Positions 48,919 through 58,320 of a stretch of 64,000 nucleotides of DNA are shown here, in pieces. A program made the position numbers and the translations under genes. The DNA comes from Deinococcales bacterium (lineage in GTDB: Bacteria; Deinococcota; Deinococci; Deinococcales; JAAFIG01), in assembly GCA_031414595.1 (NCBI GenBank), contig JANNVX010000098.1, forward strand, positions 96,001 through 160,000. The letters are read 5' to 3'. Position 1 is the first letter of the stretch. Every line of letters starts with the position of its first letter. Below the pieces are notes generated by a model. That model was not told the origin of the DNA. It did no database searches and saw only the letters and a list, made by a program, of their open reading frames with translations.

Positions 48919-49726
48919 AACCCTTTCTCGAGTTTTGTTTTACGTGGGCATCAGCTTTTATGCGGCGCTCTTGGTCTTACCGCTTTTAACCATGCTTTCG
49001 GTCAGTTTTCGTTCAGACGGGGACGTTTACAACCCCAGTTTTTTCCCACCCAACCCAACTTTAGAGCCGTACCAGATTGCCCTCGAGAAATTCCCTGTGC
49101 TGCGTTTTTTAGGCAATAGTTTTTTGGTCTCGAGCCTTGTGACCCTTGGGGTGATGCTGATTTCAAGTTGTACAGGCTACGCACTGGCACGGATTTCTTC
49201 GCCAGTCAGTAATTTTATTTTTGCAGTGGTGATTGGTTTACTGCTCGTGCCGGGCGAAGTCACCTTTTTACCGCTCTACATCATGATTAACCGCCTTGGT
49301 TGGATAGATTCTTACCTTGCTCTGACTTTGCCATTTATTGCCAGTCCGATTGGAATTTTTTTGATGCGCCAATTTTTTAAGAGCCTACCCCAAGAACTTT
49401 TTGATGCCGCTCGGATGGATGGGGCTGGACACCTAAGGATGCTCTGGCACATTGCCATGCCGTTAGCAACTCCCGCCCTTGGCGCACTGGCTGCTTTAAC
49501 CTTTCTTGGCACTTGGAACATGTACTTATACCCACTTGTGGTCACAAATTCCGAGGAATTACGCACGGCTCAGATTGCCTTACGTTTTATTAGCGCCGAC
49601 GAAGCAGTGCGCTATAACATTGTGGCTGCCGCCGCCGTGATTATTTTACTACCCACGTTAATCGCTTTCTTATTTGCTCAACGCGCCTTTGTTCGCGGTA
49701 TTGCGATGGGCAGCTTAAAAGGGTGA
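48911..49726 (+). CDS. ugpE: CUT1 ABC permease (UgpE-like)
   Basis: FLMRQFF..LP.EL.DAARMDGA and WN.YLYPL. Confidence 0.8.
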   Translation: MNKTLSRVLFYVGISFYAALLVLPLLTMLSVSFRSDGDVYNPSFFPPNPTLEPYQIALEKFPVLRFLGNSFLVSSLVTLGVMLISSCTGYALARISSPVSNFIFAVVIGLLLVPGEVTFLPLYIMINRLGWIDSYLALTLPFIASPIGIFLMRQFFKSLPQELFDAARMDGAGHLRMLWHIAMPLATPALGALAALTFLGTWNMYLYPLVVTNSEELRTAQIALRFISADEAVRYNIVAAAAVIILLPTLIAFLFAQRAFVRGIAMGSLKG

Positions 49727-49830
49727 GTGGCTGCTGGTCTTAGCTTTACTTCTCGAGAATAAATTTTTTTACTTGAACAACCAACAACAATTAACTTATT
49801 TCGACCATGAATGGTTTCACGGAGGAACGT

Positions 49831-51144
49831 ATGAAAAAACGGTTTTTGGCTCTTGGTTTGGCAGTGTTAAGCGCAGCAACACTGACTCTGGCACAAGGTG
49901 GACGCACCACCGTCACCTTCTGGTACGCACTTGGCGGCAGCATCGGCGAACAAATCGAACTCTTGGTCAAAAACTACAACAGTAGCCAAGACAAAGTAAC
50001 CATCAAAGCCGAATTTAGCGGTAATTACGACGATACCCTCAACAAAATGCGTGCCGCCCTACAAGCTGGTAAGGGCTACCCCAACGTGGTACAGGTCTAC
50101 GACATTGGCACACGCTTTATGGTGGATTCTGGGGCAGTTGTGGCACTCGAGGACATGGCAAAAAAAGAAAACTTTGACATCTCTAAACTGGTTTCACAAC
50201 CACGCAATTACTACACCGTAGACGGCAAAATGTACAGCTTGCCGTTTAACTCGAGTAACCCACTTCTTTACTTTAATGCCAGCGTCCTCAACAGCAGCAA
50301 TATCGAACAACGCCCGTTTTATAACCTCGCGCAACTCGAGGACACGATTAAGCGCTTAACAGTTAAAGACGCAAGCGGTAAAACCAGCCGTTACGGCATT
50401 ACTTGGCATGCCGATTCTTGGTTTGTTGAACAATTTGGCTACAACAGTGGTCAAGCCTACTGTAACAACGAAAACGGACGCAAAGCCCGCGCCACCGAAA
50501 CCACCTTCAACAACCCAGCCGCCGTTGCCTTCTTAGAGATGATGGGACGTTTGGTGTCTGGTGGATTTGCTGCCCCAGTCGGACGTGACGGCACTGCCAG
50601 CTTAAACACTTTTGTCAACGGACAAGCCGCTATTTACGTTTCCTCTACCGCCAATTTGTTTGGTGCAACCCGGGCTGTTGGTGGAAAATTCCCAATCCGT
50701 ACATCTTTTTACCCGTTCCTCAAAGAACGCAATGGTGTCGCTATTGGCGGCGCAAGCCTCTGGATGCTCAAGGGTTTTACTGAGACCGAACAAGACGGCG
50801 CATTTAGCTTCATCAAATGGATGCTTGAGCCAACCACCCAAGGACGCTGGCACTTAAACACGGGTTACTTTCCAGTCATTCAAGGTGTGACCAAACGCCC
50901 AGAAGTACAAACTGGTCATACCAAAAATCCAAATTTTATCACCGCTATTCGTCAACTCGAGACCAGCAAAGTCAACACCACCAGCGCTGGTTGCTTGATG
51001 GGACAATTCACCGAGATTCGTACCTATGTGGTCAGTGCATGGGAAGAAGTCCTCAAAGGCAAACCCGCTAAACAAGCCTTGGATGAAGCGAAAGTTAAAT
51101 CCGATGCTGCACTGCAACGCTACAACGCGACTGTGGCTCGTTAA
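49831..51144 (+). CDS. ugpB: ABC substrate-binding protein, glycerol-3-phosphate (UgpB-like)
   Basis: GGAGG RBS; QVYDIGTRFM, SLPFNSS.PLLY.N, IGGASLW and W...TGYFP. Confidence 0.8.
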   Translation: MKKRFLALGLAVLSAATLTLAQGGRTTVTFWYALGGSIGEQIELLVKNYNSSQDKVTIKAEFSGNYDDTLNKMRAALQAGKGYPNVVQVYDIGTRFMVDSGAVVALEDMAKKENFDISKLVSQPRNYYTVDGKMYSLPFNSSNPLLYFNASVLNSSNIEQRPFYNLAQLEDTIKRLTVKDASGKTSRYGITWHADSWFVEQFGYNSGQAYCNNENGRKARATETTFNNPAAVAFLEMMGRLVSGGFAAPVGRDGTASLNTFVNGQAAIYVSSTANLFGATRAVGGKFPIRTSFYPFLKERNGVAIGGASLWMLKGFTETEQDGAFSFIKWMLEPTTQGRWHLNTGYFPVIQGVTKRPEVQTGHTKNPNFITAIRQLETSKVNTTSAGCLMGQFTEIRTYVVSAWEEVLKGKPAKQALDEAKVKSDAALQRYNATVAR

Positions 51145-51198
51145 GACACCATCATTCTTGGGTGGCTGATACCCCATCTCGAGATTGCAAAAATAATC

Positions 51199-51227
51199 AC
51201 CCCGCTCTGACTCGAGCGGGGTTCTTT
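51199..51227 (+). terminator. Terminator after the ugp-like operon
   Basis: ACCCCGCTC-TGACTC-GAGCGGGGT followed by TCTTT. Confidence 0.7.
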
Positions 51228-51356
51228 ATTGGGTCATTCAATTGCCAAAGCCACTTGGATATTCTCGAGAAGGCTGCACTGCCTGACAATTTACATGCAC
51301 CTTGTTTGCTTTATTTTGAGCATTTTTATTAACGGCTCAAGTGGTTCAAGACCAGC

Positions 51357-51382
51357 AAAAACCCCTCGAGTGTCTCGAGGGG
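51357..51382 (-). terminator. Terminator of the phytase-like gene, built from two CTCGAG
   Basis: Minus strand CCCCTCGAG-ACA-CTCGAGGGG-TTTTT. Confidence 0.75.
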
Positions 51383-51414
51383 CGTAGGAGGGAGGAAGTA
51401 CCCGAGTGGTTAAA

Positions 51415-52659
51415 TTAGCGTCCAACACCTGCGGCGACATTCAATGGTTTCTCGAGTTTCAACCAGATAAACTCGTTGGGGTCTTTGACATCTGCGCCGC
51501 GTCCACCTTTGGCATCAAAGTTATTATCGTTGGCAACCAAAATTGTGCTGCTGTTTAAGACAATTACATTTTCTATTGTTACAAATGGGAAGGCAAAGAC
51601 ACCATTAACGGTGCTTGGCGCAAGTCTATTGGCATCTGAGATGTTCATTAAATCTGCCACCAATTCTTTTTGGGCTGCGCCATTTGCATCTTTTTTGCTC
51701 AGGTCAATTTTATAGATGCGTTTGAATTTTGCAGTTGCGCCAGAGCCGTTGTCGCGCTCAATCACCAAGTATTCGTTGTCGTTAATCACCGTGAAATCAC
51801 CAATCGCATGATTGGTTTCTTCCATTTTGTAAAAGGCGGCAATGCCAACAAATTTCTTAGTTGCCATATCAAATTCGTTAATTCGTAACATCCCAGCCGT
51901 GTCGGTCGAAACACTGCCCTCGAGCAAGCCATAAATTTTTGATTTACTTGGATTGGTGGTCATGCCTTCGTAACCCCTCGAGCCGCCAAGGTTTGCACTG
52001 CTCATTTGTCCGGGGTTTGGCGAAGCTGCGAGGACAGCAGGATTGTTTGGGCTACGCACCAAGTCCTTGCTTGGGTCTTTGCCTGTTCCGTAATCTGGGG
52101 TTGGGATTGGGGCAGACAGCACTTTGCCTGTGGTGTCTACGTTAATTAAGTACGGTCCAAATTCTTCGCCAATCCAAATTGTGCCATCCGCTGCAAGCAC
52201 AAAGCTCTCTGGGTCAAAATCAAAACCAGTCAGGAAACGACTGGCGGAGTTTTCATTAACGATGATGAACGGGACTTTTTTATCTGGGTCACGCAATTGA
52301 ATAAAGCTGTTGACTTTTACCGTACCAGCGCCGCCAGTCATGGTTTTTGCAGCTAAACTGACATTGTACAAACGCAATAAGTAATCAACACTGTTGTACT
52401 TTGTACCAAAACCGTTGTCCGAAAGCATCCAATAATTGCCGTTCGCAGCAAACTGAATGCCACTAAAGCCCTGTACAGGTTGGCTGGCAAAACGTGGAGC
52501 CGCCGCTTTGCTTCCATTGGCATTAAATTGTCCACTGGCAGCCCCTCTCGAGAAGGTATCGGCAGGCAAAACCGCAAAACCAATCAGGTCGGTTTTAAGA
52601 CTTTGGGCGAGGACGGTAGCCGTGGCAAGAATGCCAAATGCAGATAAGATTTTTTTCAT
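51415..52659 (-). CDS. Secreted esterase-like activity of phytase family protein
   Basis: QGFSG, SDNGFG.K.NS.D, FDPES, EEFGP, S.GYEG, LVIERD and NDNNF. Confidence 0.85.
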   Translation of the reverse strand: MKKILSAFGILATATVLAQSLKTDLIGFAVLPADTFSRGAASGQFNANGSKAAAPRFASQPVQGFSGIQFAANGNYWMLSDNGFGTKYNSVDYLLRLYNVSLAAKTMTGGAGTVKVNSFIQLRDPDKKVPFIIVNENSASRFLTGFDFDPESFVLAADGTIWIGEEFGPYLINVDTTGKVLSAPIPTPDYGTGKDPSKDLVRSPNNPAVLAASPNPGQMSSANLGGSRGYEGMTTNPSKSKIYGLLEGSVSTDTAGMLRINEFDMATKKFVGIAAFYKMEETNHAIGDFTVINDNEYLVIERDNGSGATAKFKRIYKIDLSKKDANGAAQKELVADLMNISDANRLAPSTVNGVFAFPFVTIENVIVLNSSTILVANDNNFDAKGGRGADVKDPNEFIWLKLEKPLNVAAGVGR

Positions 52660-52730
52660 ACCTTAAGTATTCTTGTTTGGCTTAGTCAGGATTAGGTCAT
52701 TGACAAAAACTTGACATGTCAAAAGCAACT

Positions 52731-53744
52731 CTAGTATTCATCAAGTAATTTCTCGAGTTCACTTTGACCTTGTTTGACCGTAGCCACTTTATCTCGGAAT
52801 AAACTGACAATAATCTGGGCGGTTTTGTCTGGCTCGAGTCGCAATTCCTCGCCTATCGAGTAGACATCCCGAGAACCATCAAGCATTTTAATAAATAAAT
52901 TTGCCACCATTCCCGCCGGTGGGTGATAGGCGGCGCTTAAACTCCTGACTCGCTCGAGAATAATCGTGCGTAAACCCATAACAGCAGCAAGCTCGAGTAA
53001 ACCTTGCCGGTACAGCCGCAGCGCCGCTCGGTAGCCACGCAGCCATGAGCCTTGGCTATCAGTCGCATCAGCCGCAAAAAGTTTTAGAACAGCCTGTAAC
53101 GAACGCCGCCCATTGACTGCTGTCAAAATTTGCCACTCGTCACCCGAGAGCGAAACACCACTTAGACTCGAATTAGGACGGCTTTTCAGGACAGTGCTTA
53201 AACCAAGTTCTGAGACACCAATTTCGTCTGCCAATGTGACCGACTCGAGCAGCGCCCACTGCACCGAGACTCGGGTATAGACACTGGGCAGCTTGTCATC
53301 GCGGTAATAGGCAAAATAGCTTTGCTGCTTTAAGATTAACTGATTAACCGACAGTAAAATCTGGGTTTTCATGGCTTCAAACAAGGCTTCACGCGAGACC
53401 CGAAATTGAGGGTTATTCAGCAGCACTTCGCCCAACGGCAGATTGGCAGCAAGTTTCAGGGCTTGCGCCAACTGTGTTTCCGATAACTCGCCACGCCGCA
53501 ACAAAATTGTACCAAGTGGGTCTGAACCATTCGCCCCAATGATGTCACCGTCGAGTAACTGCAAACGAATCCCGCTCGGCTGAAATTCCATCCAACCAGT
53601 AGGATGCAAACCGGGAACGCCATTCAAAAAATCGGCGGTGGCAATATGATTTAAGCTCCCTTGTAAACTTGGGGAACGAGACACCTCATCTGTCTTGGCT
53701 GGACTTGGGATAAAAACAGGGGTTCTCGAGGAAGATAAGCTCAT
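52731..53744 (-). CDS. DUF4388 / PatA-like domain protein
   Basis: LQGSL, PLGTILLRRG.L...QL..AL and W.IL..VNG.RS motifs. Confidence 0.7.
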   Translation of the reverse strand: MSLSSSRTPVFIPSPAKTDEVSRSPSLQGSLNHIATADFLNGVPGLHPTGWMEFQPSGIRLQLLDGDIIGANGSDPLGTILLRRGELSETQLAQALKLAANLPLGEVLLNNPQFRVSREALFEAMKTQILLSVNQLILKQQSYFAYYRDDKLPSVYTRVSVQWALLESVTLADEIGVSELGLSTVLKSRPNSSLSGVSLSGDEWQILTAVNGRRSLQAVLKLFAADATDSQGSWLRGYRAALRLYRQGLLELAAVMGLRTIILERVRSLSAAYHPPAGMVANLFIKMLDGSRDVYSIGEELRLEPDKTAQIIVSLFRDKVATVKQGQSELEKLLDEY

Positions 53745-53766
53745 GCCTTATTCTCATAGCGCAAAG

Positions 53767-55125
53767 TCAAGGGCTTGTCAGTGATTGGCTTCGTCCAATT
53801 GCCAAATACAAGAATCCTGCTTCGAGCATGGAGTTTTTAACTAAAGCATTGCGTCCATCGAGGATAATTCTTTGCTTCATTGTCTGCCCAAGTACAGCCC
53901 AGTTTGCGGTTTTGTACTCCGACCATTCCGTAACCAAAATGGCAGCATCGGCATTAGTTAAGCACACTTCAAGACTAGGGTTATTTGGTACAGTTGTAAT
54001 TTTCATTTGTTCAAGCATTGGGTCATGTGCTATAACTTTTGCCCCTCGAGCCATCAATTCCAAAGCAATTTCTAAACCAATAGATTCACGTAAGTCATCG
54101 GTCTCTGGCTTAAAACTCAAGCCCAAGACTGCAATACGCCGCCCGCGAAAACCATTTAAGACCTGCTCGAGCCGTTCAAGCGCTCGAAAACGCTGTTGGT
54201 TGTTGACTTCAATCACGGCTCGCAACAAACGAAATTCATAACCGCTTCTCGATGCCAGTTGATTTAAGGCTCGGGTATCTTTGGGAAAACACGAACCACC
54301 ATACCCCAGTCCAGCTTGTAAGAAATCTTTGCCAATACGTTTATCCTCTGCCAACACCGAAACAATCTCATCAATATCAGCACTGGTGGCATCGCAGACG
54401 TTGGCTATTTCATTGATAAAACTAATTTTCATGGCGAGAAAAGCATTGGCGGCGTACTTGGCAAGCTCACTGCTGGCATTACTGATTTGAAGCACTGGAA
54501 TTGGTTGCATCGGACGAAAAGGCTCGAGTTCAGGCGGCACTGCCAAGGTAGAATGAATGATTGGTGCGTATAAAATTTCTAACTGCTCGAGCGCCCAAGT
54601 TTGGTTTGTGCCAAAGACAATTCGATCTGGAAAAACAGCATCGCGCAAAGCCCGACCTTGACGCAGAAATTCTGGGTTACTGGCAACTGAAAAAACTGAA
54701 TCGGGTGCAAGATTGACCAAAGTAGCCGTGATTTCCTCACTCGTTCCGACTGGCACAGTGGATTTTAGAACAATCACCCGAGGGATTTGGTTCAAAAATG
54801 GCGCGAGTTGCTGCACGGCATCAAAGACTTGGCTTAAATCCACACCTTGAGCGGGGGTGGGTGGCGTACCAACGGCAATCATCACGATACTCGAGGCTTG
54901 AACCGCCAAGCCCAAATCGGCGGTAAAAAAAATTCGGTCTTGCAAGCTGTGCAGAACTGTCTCGAGCAGAGGTTCGGCAAATGGAATCTGTTGACGCTGC
55001 AACGCTTCCAACCGTTCAAGGTTGCGCTCATAGACATGAACTCGGTGTCCAGCCATTGCCAGCGCCAAAGCGGTTGAAAGCCCGACATAACCAGCGCCAA
55101 TCACCGTAAGCTCAAGGGTCTGCAT
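53767..55125 (-). CDS. ugd: UDP-glucose/GDP-mannose dehydrogenase
   Basis: IGAGYVG, KSTVPVG, NPEFLR, KYAAN, GYGGSCFPKD and FKPETDDLRES. Confidence 0.93.
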   Translation of the reverse strand: MQTLELTVIGAGYVGLSTALALAMAGHRVHVYERNLERLEALQRQQIPFAEPLLETVLHSLQDRIFFTADLGLAVQASSIVMIAVGTPPTPAQGVDLSQVFDAVQQLAPFLNQIPRVIVLKSTVPVGTSEEITATLVNLAPDSVFSVASNPEFLRQGRALRDAVFPDRIVFGTNQTWALEQLEILYAPIIHSTLAVPPELEPFRPMQPIPVLQISNASSELAKYAANAFLAMKISFINEIANVCDATSADIDEIVSVLAEDKRIGKDFLQAGLGYGGSCFPKDTRALNQLASRSGYEFRLLRAVIEVNNQQRFRALERLEQVLNGFRGRRIAVLGLSFKPETDDLRESIGLEIALELMARGAKVIAHDPMLEQMKITTVPNNPSLEVCLTNADAAILVTEWSEYKTANWAVLGQTMKQRIILDGRNALVKNSMLEAGFLYLAIGRSQSLTSP

Positions 55126-55150
55126 AAACGACCAGTCAACTTGGATTTTG

Positions 55151-56002
55151 TCAGGGGAGTGTCTGCTCGAGAACACGACCTAGCTCCGAGTATTCATCCA
55201 TGCTAGGGTTGCGTCCAACACGGCGTAAATGCAGCGCAAAAGGTTGGTCTTGCCAAAAAAACTCTTCCCAAGCGTTATCATAGGCAAAATCCGAGATTGG
55301 TTTTAAGAAACTTTGCTGGGTAAAGTAGCCCTTTTTCTTGGGAATGACACTCCATCTATCGGGCAAAAATCGGATTGGGCTTGCCATAAAATGCGGTTTC
55401 AGGCATTCGTTTGGTTCGTTCCGATATTGCTGGTAGACCCGCCAAGCGGTGTCACGGAATTGTCCGACTTGTAAGGCTGTTCGCAGCCAAACAGGAATCG
55501 GTACTCGAGGATGGCTGATTAATTTGTCAAACCTATTGCCATCCATGTCTGGCAAAAAATTCAGCGCCCCAAGTGGTACTTTCTCGAGGTCAATCATCAT
55601 GCAATGCACCGATGGAAAATAGCGGTATTGGTACGACCACTTCGGATGCCAGACCGAACCAAAAAAATGCAGGTCTCGAGTTATCATCTGCTGCATAACA
55701 GCTTGCATCCAATTCTGGCGGATAATATAAAAATCATGGTCAAGAATCAATACAAACCTAGTTCTGACCAACGCTAAGGCGCTCATGATCGCTTGGGCGT
55801 GGTGCTGACTGCCTTTATCCGAGCTTGGTGGTTTGGCTACGGCGGGTAAAACTTCGGCATTGGCGGGTTGAAAATCGGGGTCGTTGTCGTTATTAACAAT
55901 CAGCCAGCGCACCGCCAGATTGGGATTCAGGGCAGCGCTTAATTGAAGATTTTTTTCTATCCATTGGCTCGAGCCAAATTTGACGCTGATGACGGTCAAC
56001 AC
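55151..56002 (-). CDS. Putative GT-A fold glycosyltransferase
   Basis: GSQHHA.A...AL...RTRFVLILDHDF (DxD); adjacent to ugd. Confidence 0.65.
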   Translation of the reverse strand: MLTVISVKFGSSQWIEKNLQLSAALNPNLAVRWLIVNNDNDPDFQPANAEVLPAVAKPPSSDKGSQHHAQAIMSALALVRTRFVLILDHDFYIIRQNWMQAVMQQMITRDLHFFGSVWHPKWSYQYRYFPSVHCMMIDLEKVPLGALNFLPDMDGNRFDKLISHPRVPIPVWLRTALQVGQFRDTAWRVYQQYRNEPNECLKPHFMASPIRFLPDRWSVIPKKKGYFTQQSFLKPISDFAYDNAWEEFFWQDQPFALHLRRVGRNPSMDEYSELGRVLEQTLP

Positions 56003-56113
56003 AACCTTTATCCTACACTTGAATTTCGCACCTGACCAAATGTGGTGTTTTCACCTGACCAATCATTGTGTTGTACCTGACCAAAAGCTGACATTTCTGC
56101 TCGAGTCTGGGGT

Positions 56114-56881
56114 ATGCAGCCAAAAATCAGTTTAATCACCCCAACCCGCAATCGCGTGGATTTATTGCTTCGCACGATTAACAATGTGCAACAACAGACC
56201 CTGCAAGACTGGGAAATGCTGGTTATAGACGATGGTGACGGCTCTGGTTTAGAAGCGGTACAGAACTTAACCGACTCTCGAGTCAAAGCCTATCCCAATG
56301 CTGGGACTGGACAAGTGGATGCCCGTAATACCGCCGTTCAATTGGCACAAGCCGAAGTGCTGCATTTACTCGACGATGATGATCGTTGGCTCGACGGGCA
56401 GCATTTTGAAAAGGTCTTGGCGCGACTTGGTACACAACCAGCCTTGTTACACCGCACCGGTTGGTTGGTGCTTGAAGCCGCCCAAAATGGCGTTTGGCTC
56501 GAGCAGCAACGCCTAGACTTTCAGCCAGTCACCACTGCCCTGAGTCTGCGTTCGGACAACACCGTTCTGACTTCGGGTGTGGCATACCACAAAGAACTAC
56601 ACAACCAACTCGGGCTATTTGATACAGAATTGGGCAATTATTGGGATTGGGATTGGTTTTTACGAGTCACCCAGCACCACCCACTGATTCAACTCGAGCC
56701 ACCAACCGTGCTGATGAGTTGGCGTGGTAACAACACTTCCAAAGACCCTTTTGAGCCTCAAAAAATGGATTATCTCGAGCGCTTATGCCAAAAGCATCAG
56801 CTTGGTCAAATCCCACCAAAAAACCACTTCACGGTTATTTCACCAGCAACAAACTCTGACATTAGCTTGAGAGATACTTAG
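56114..56881 (+). CDS. Glycosyltransferase family 2
   Basis: ISLITPTRNR, VIDDG, ARN, LDDDD and DWDW. Confidence 0.9.
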   Translation: MQPKISLITPTRNRVDLLLRTINNVQQQTLQDWEMLVIDDGDGSGLEAVQNLTDSRVKAYPNAGTGQVDARNTAVQLAQAEVLHLLDDDDRWLDGQHFEKVLARLGTQPALLHRTGWLVLEAAQNGVWLEQQRLDFQPVTTALSLRSDNTVLTSGVAYHKELHNQLGLFDTELGNYWDWDWFLRVTQHHPLIQLEPPTVLMSWRGNNTSKDPFEPQKMDYLERLCQKHQLGQIPPKNHFTVISPATNSDISLRDT

Positions 56882-58149
56882 AACGCCAGTTGCTTAACGC
56901 TCCAAGCACCCTGCTCGAGTCCGACCAACAGTATTTTGTTGTTTTTGGACTCGAGCAGCCTGTACCCCAAGCCAAACGGATTGGGGATTTCTTTTTCACC
57001 AAAAACTGTATTTAGTTCGCCTGTTGTAGTCAATTTTTGCATTTGAATGGTGGCTGAGGTTACTCCGTGCAAGACCAATCCACCATCGTTCCAAATGATC
57101 ACTTTTTTCAAGGTTTGGCTTAACCAAATCCCTCCATTAGCACTTCGCACTATAGGCATGGAAAAGGGTGGGAAAGTAGGCTCAGAAAGCGGTATTGACG
57201 CTCCAAATTCTTTTTGTACCGTATTTTTTGTATCCAATGACCAGATTCTTAAACCGCTACTGCAATCACCACTGTTGTGGTTCATGAATACAGCCGTGTT
57301 GTCTTGGCGTAACCCAAAATACTGAACCCCACCACCGTTGGTGCAAGTCAGGGATTCAAAACCCTCGGTTTGTTGTTGCGGCTCGAGTTGCCCTTTTTGA
57401 TTAAACCGATGAATCCAAATCGGAGGCTGATAGGTCGAAGCACCGGCTGGACTGTTTAAGTAAGCTGACGAAACCAGTGCTGCACCGCCAGTTGGGGTTG
57501 GTACTAGCGCATCAATTTGCACATTTGGATAGTCTATATCGGTGCTGGCAAAACCTGCTTTGCCAAGGCTCGAATCTAAGCGTCCTTGGTTGGTTATTTT
57601 TATCAGTAGCGGGTTTAGGTCATCATCATCAGAATTTTCGCTTTTTACTCGAGGGCGTTCTAAGAGGGCTGCCCAGACCGAACCATCGGCGTTGAGTGCC
57701 ACTTTTTGCATCGGGAACATTGTTTTTTGTCTGCCTGTCGGAAAGGTAAACACACCTTTTTGCCCATAACTCGAGTCTAGCGTGCCATTTATTGTAAAAC
57801 GCAGAATTTGCTTTGGCTGCACCACCAACACACGACTTTGCGAATCCACCAAAACTTGTCCTAATTGCTCTAATTGCAGTTTTCCAGCTTTGCCAAAACT
57901 CGAGTCGAGTTGTCCATTGGGAAGTAATCGAGCAATTGTCTGAATCTTATTTTGGGTTTCGCCACTTAAGACAATCCGACCTTGGGTGTCGGTGCTGGCT
58001 TTTGGCGTAAATTTTGCCGTTACAGACTCGAGTCGGACTGTACCGTTTTGACCAAAGCTCGGGTCAAATGTTTGATCCTGTGAAATTGCCAAGCCAGTCA
58101 ACCCTAAACCAGTCAGTGCAAGGCAGATAAACCTCAGTCGTGTTTGCAT
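56878..58149 (-). CDS. Secreted delta-60 repeat (beta-propeller) protein
   Basis: Signal peptide; repeated RL..NG.LD.SFG..G motifs. Confidence 0.75.
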   Translation of the reverse strand: MQTRLRFICLALTGLGLTGLAISQDQTFDPSFGQNGTVRLESVTAKFTPKASTDTQGRIVLSGETQNKIQTIARLLPNGQLDSSFGKAGKLQLEQLGQVLVDSQSRVLVVQPKQILRFTINGTLDSSYGQKGVFTFPTGRQKTMFPMQKVALNADGSVWAALLERPRVKSENSDDDDLNPLLIKITNQGRLDSSLGKAGFASTDIDYPNVQIDALVPTPTGGAALVSSAYLNSPAGASTYQPPIWIHRFNQKGQLEPQQQTEGFESLTCTNGGGVQYFGLRQDNTAVFMNHNSGDCSSGLRIWSLDTKNTVQKEFGASIPLSEPTFPPFSMPIVRSANGGIWLSQTLKKVIIWNDGGLVLHGVTSATIQMQKLTTTGELNTVFGEKEIPNPFGLGYRLLESKNNKILLVGLEQGAWSVKQLAF

Positions 58150-58320
58150 CTCTCGAGTCTAAAAAATTAAATGAATGATTGATGTGAACCTGGTTCTCAA
58201 GGTGAGATTTTGCAGCACATGATCTGAATTCAATCTCTTTGCAGAGAACCCGTCTCGAGACTAAAAAATGAGAATCAGATGAGCTTCTACAGCCATGGCA
58301 TTATATGCTTTCTTGAAGGT

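Noticed and set aside
56030-56084. Mini-CRISPR
   Set aside because: The 10-bp repeats and 12-13-bp spacers are far too short.
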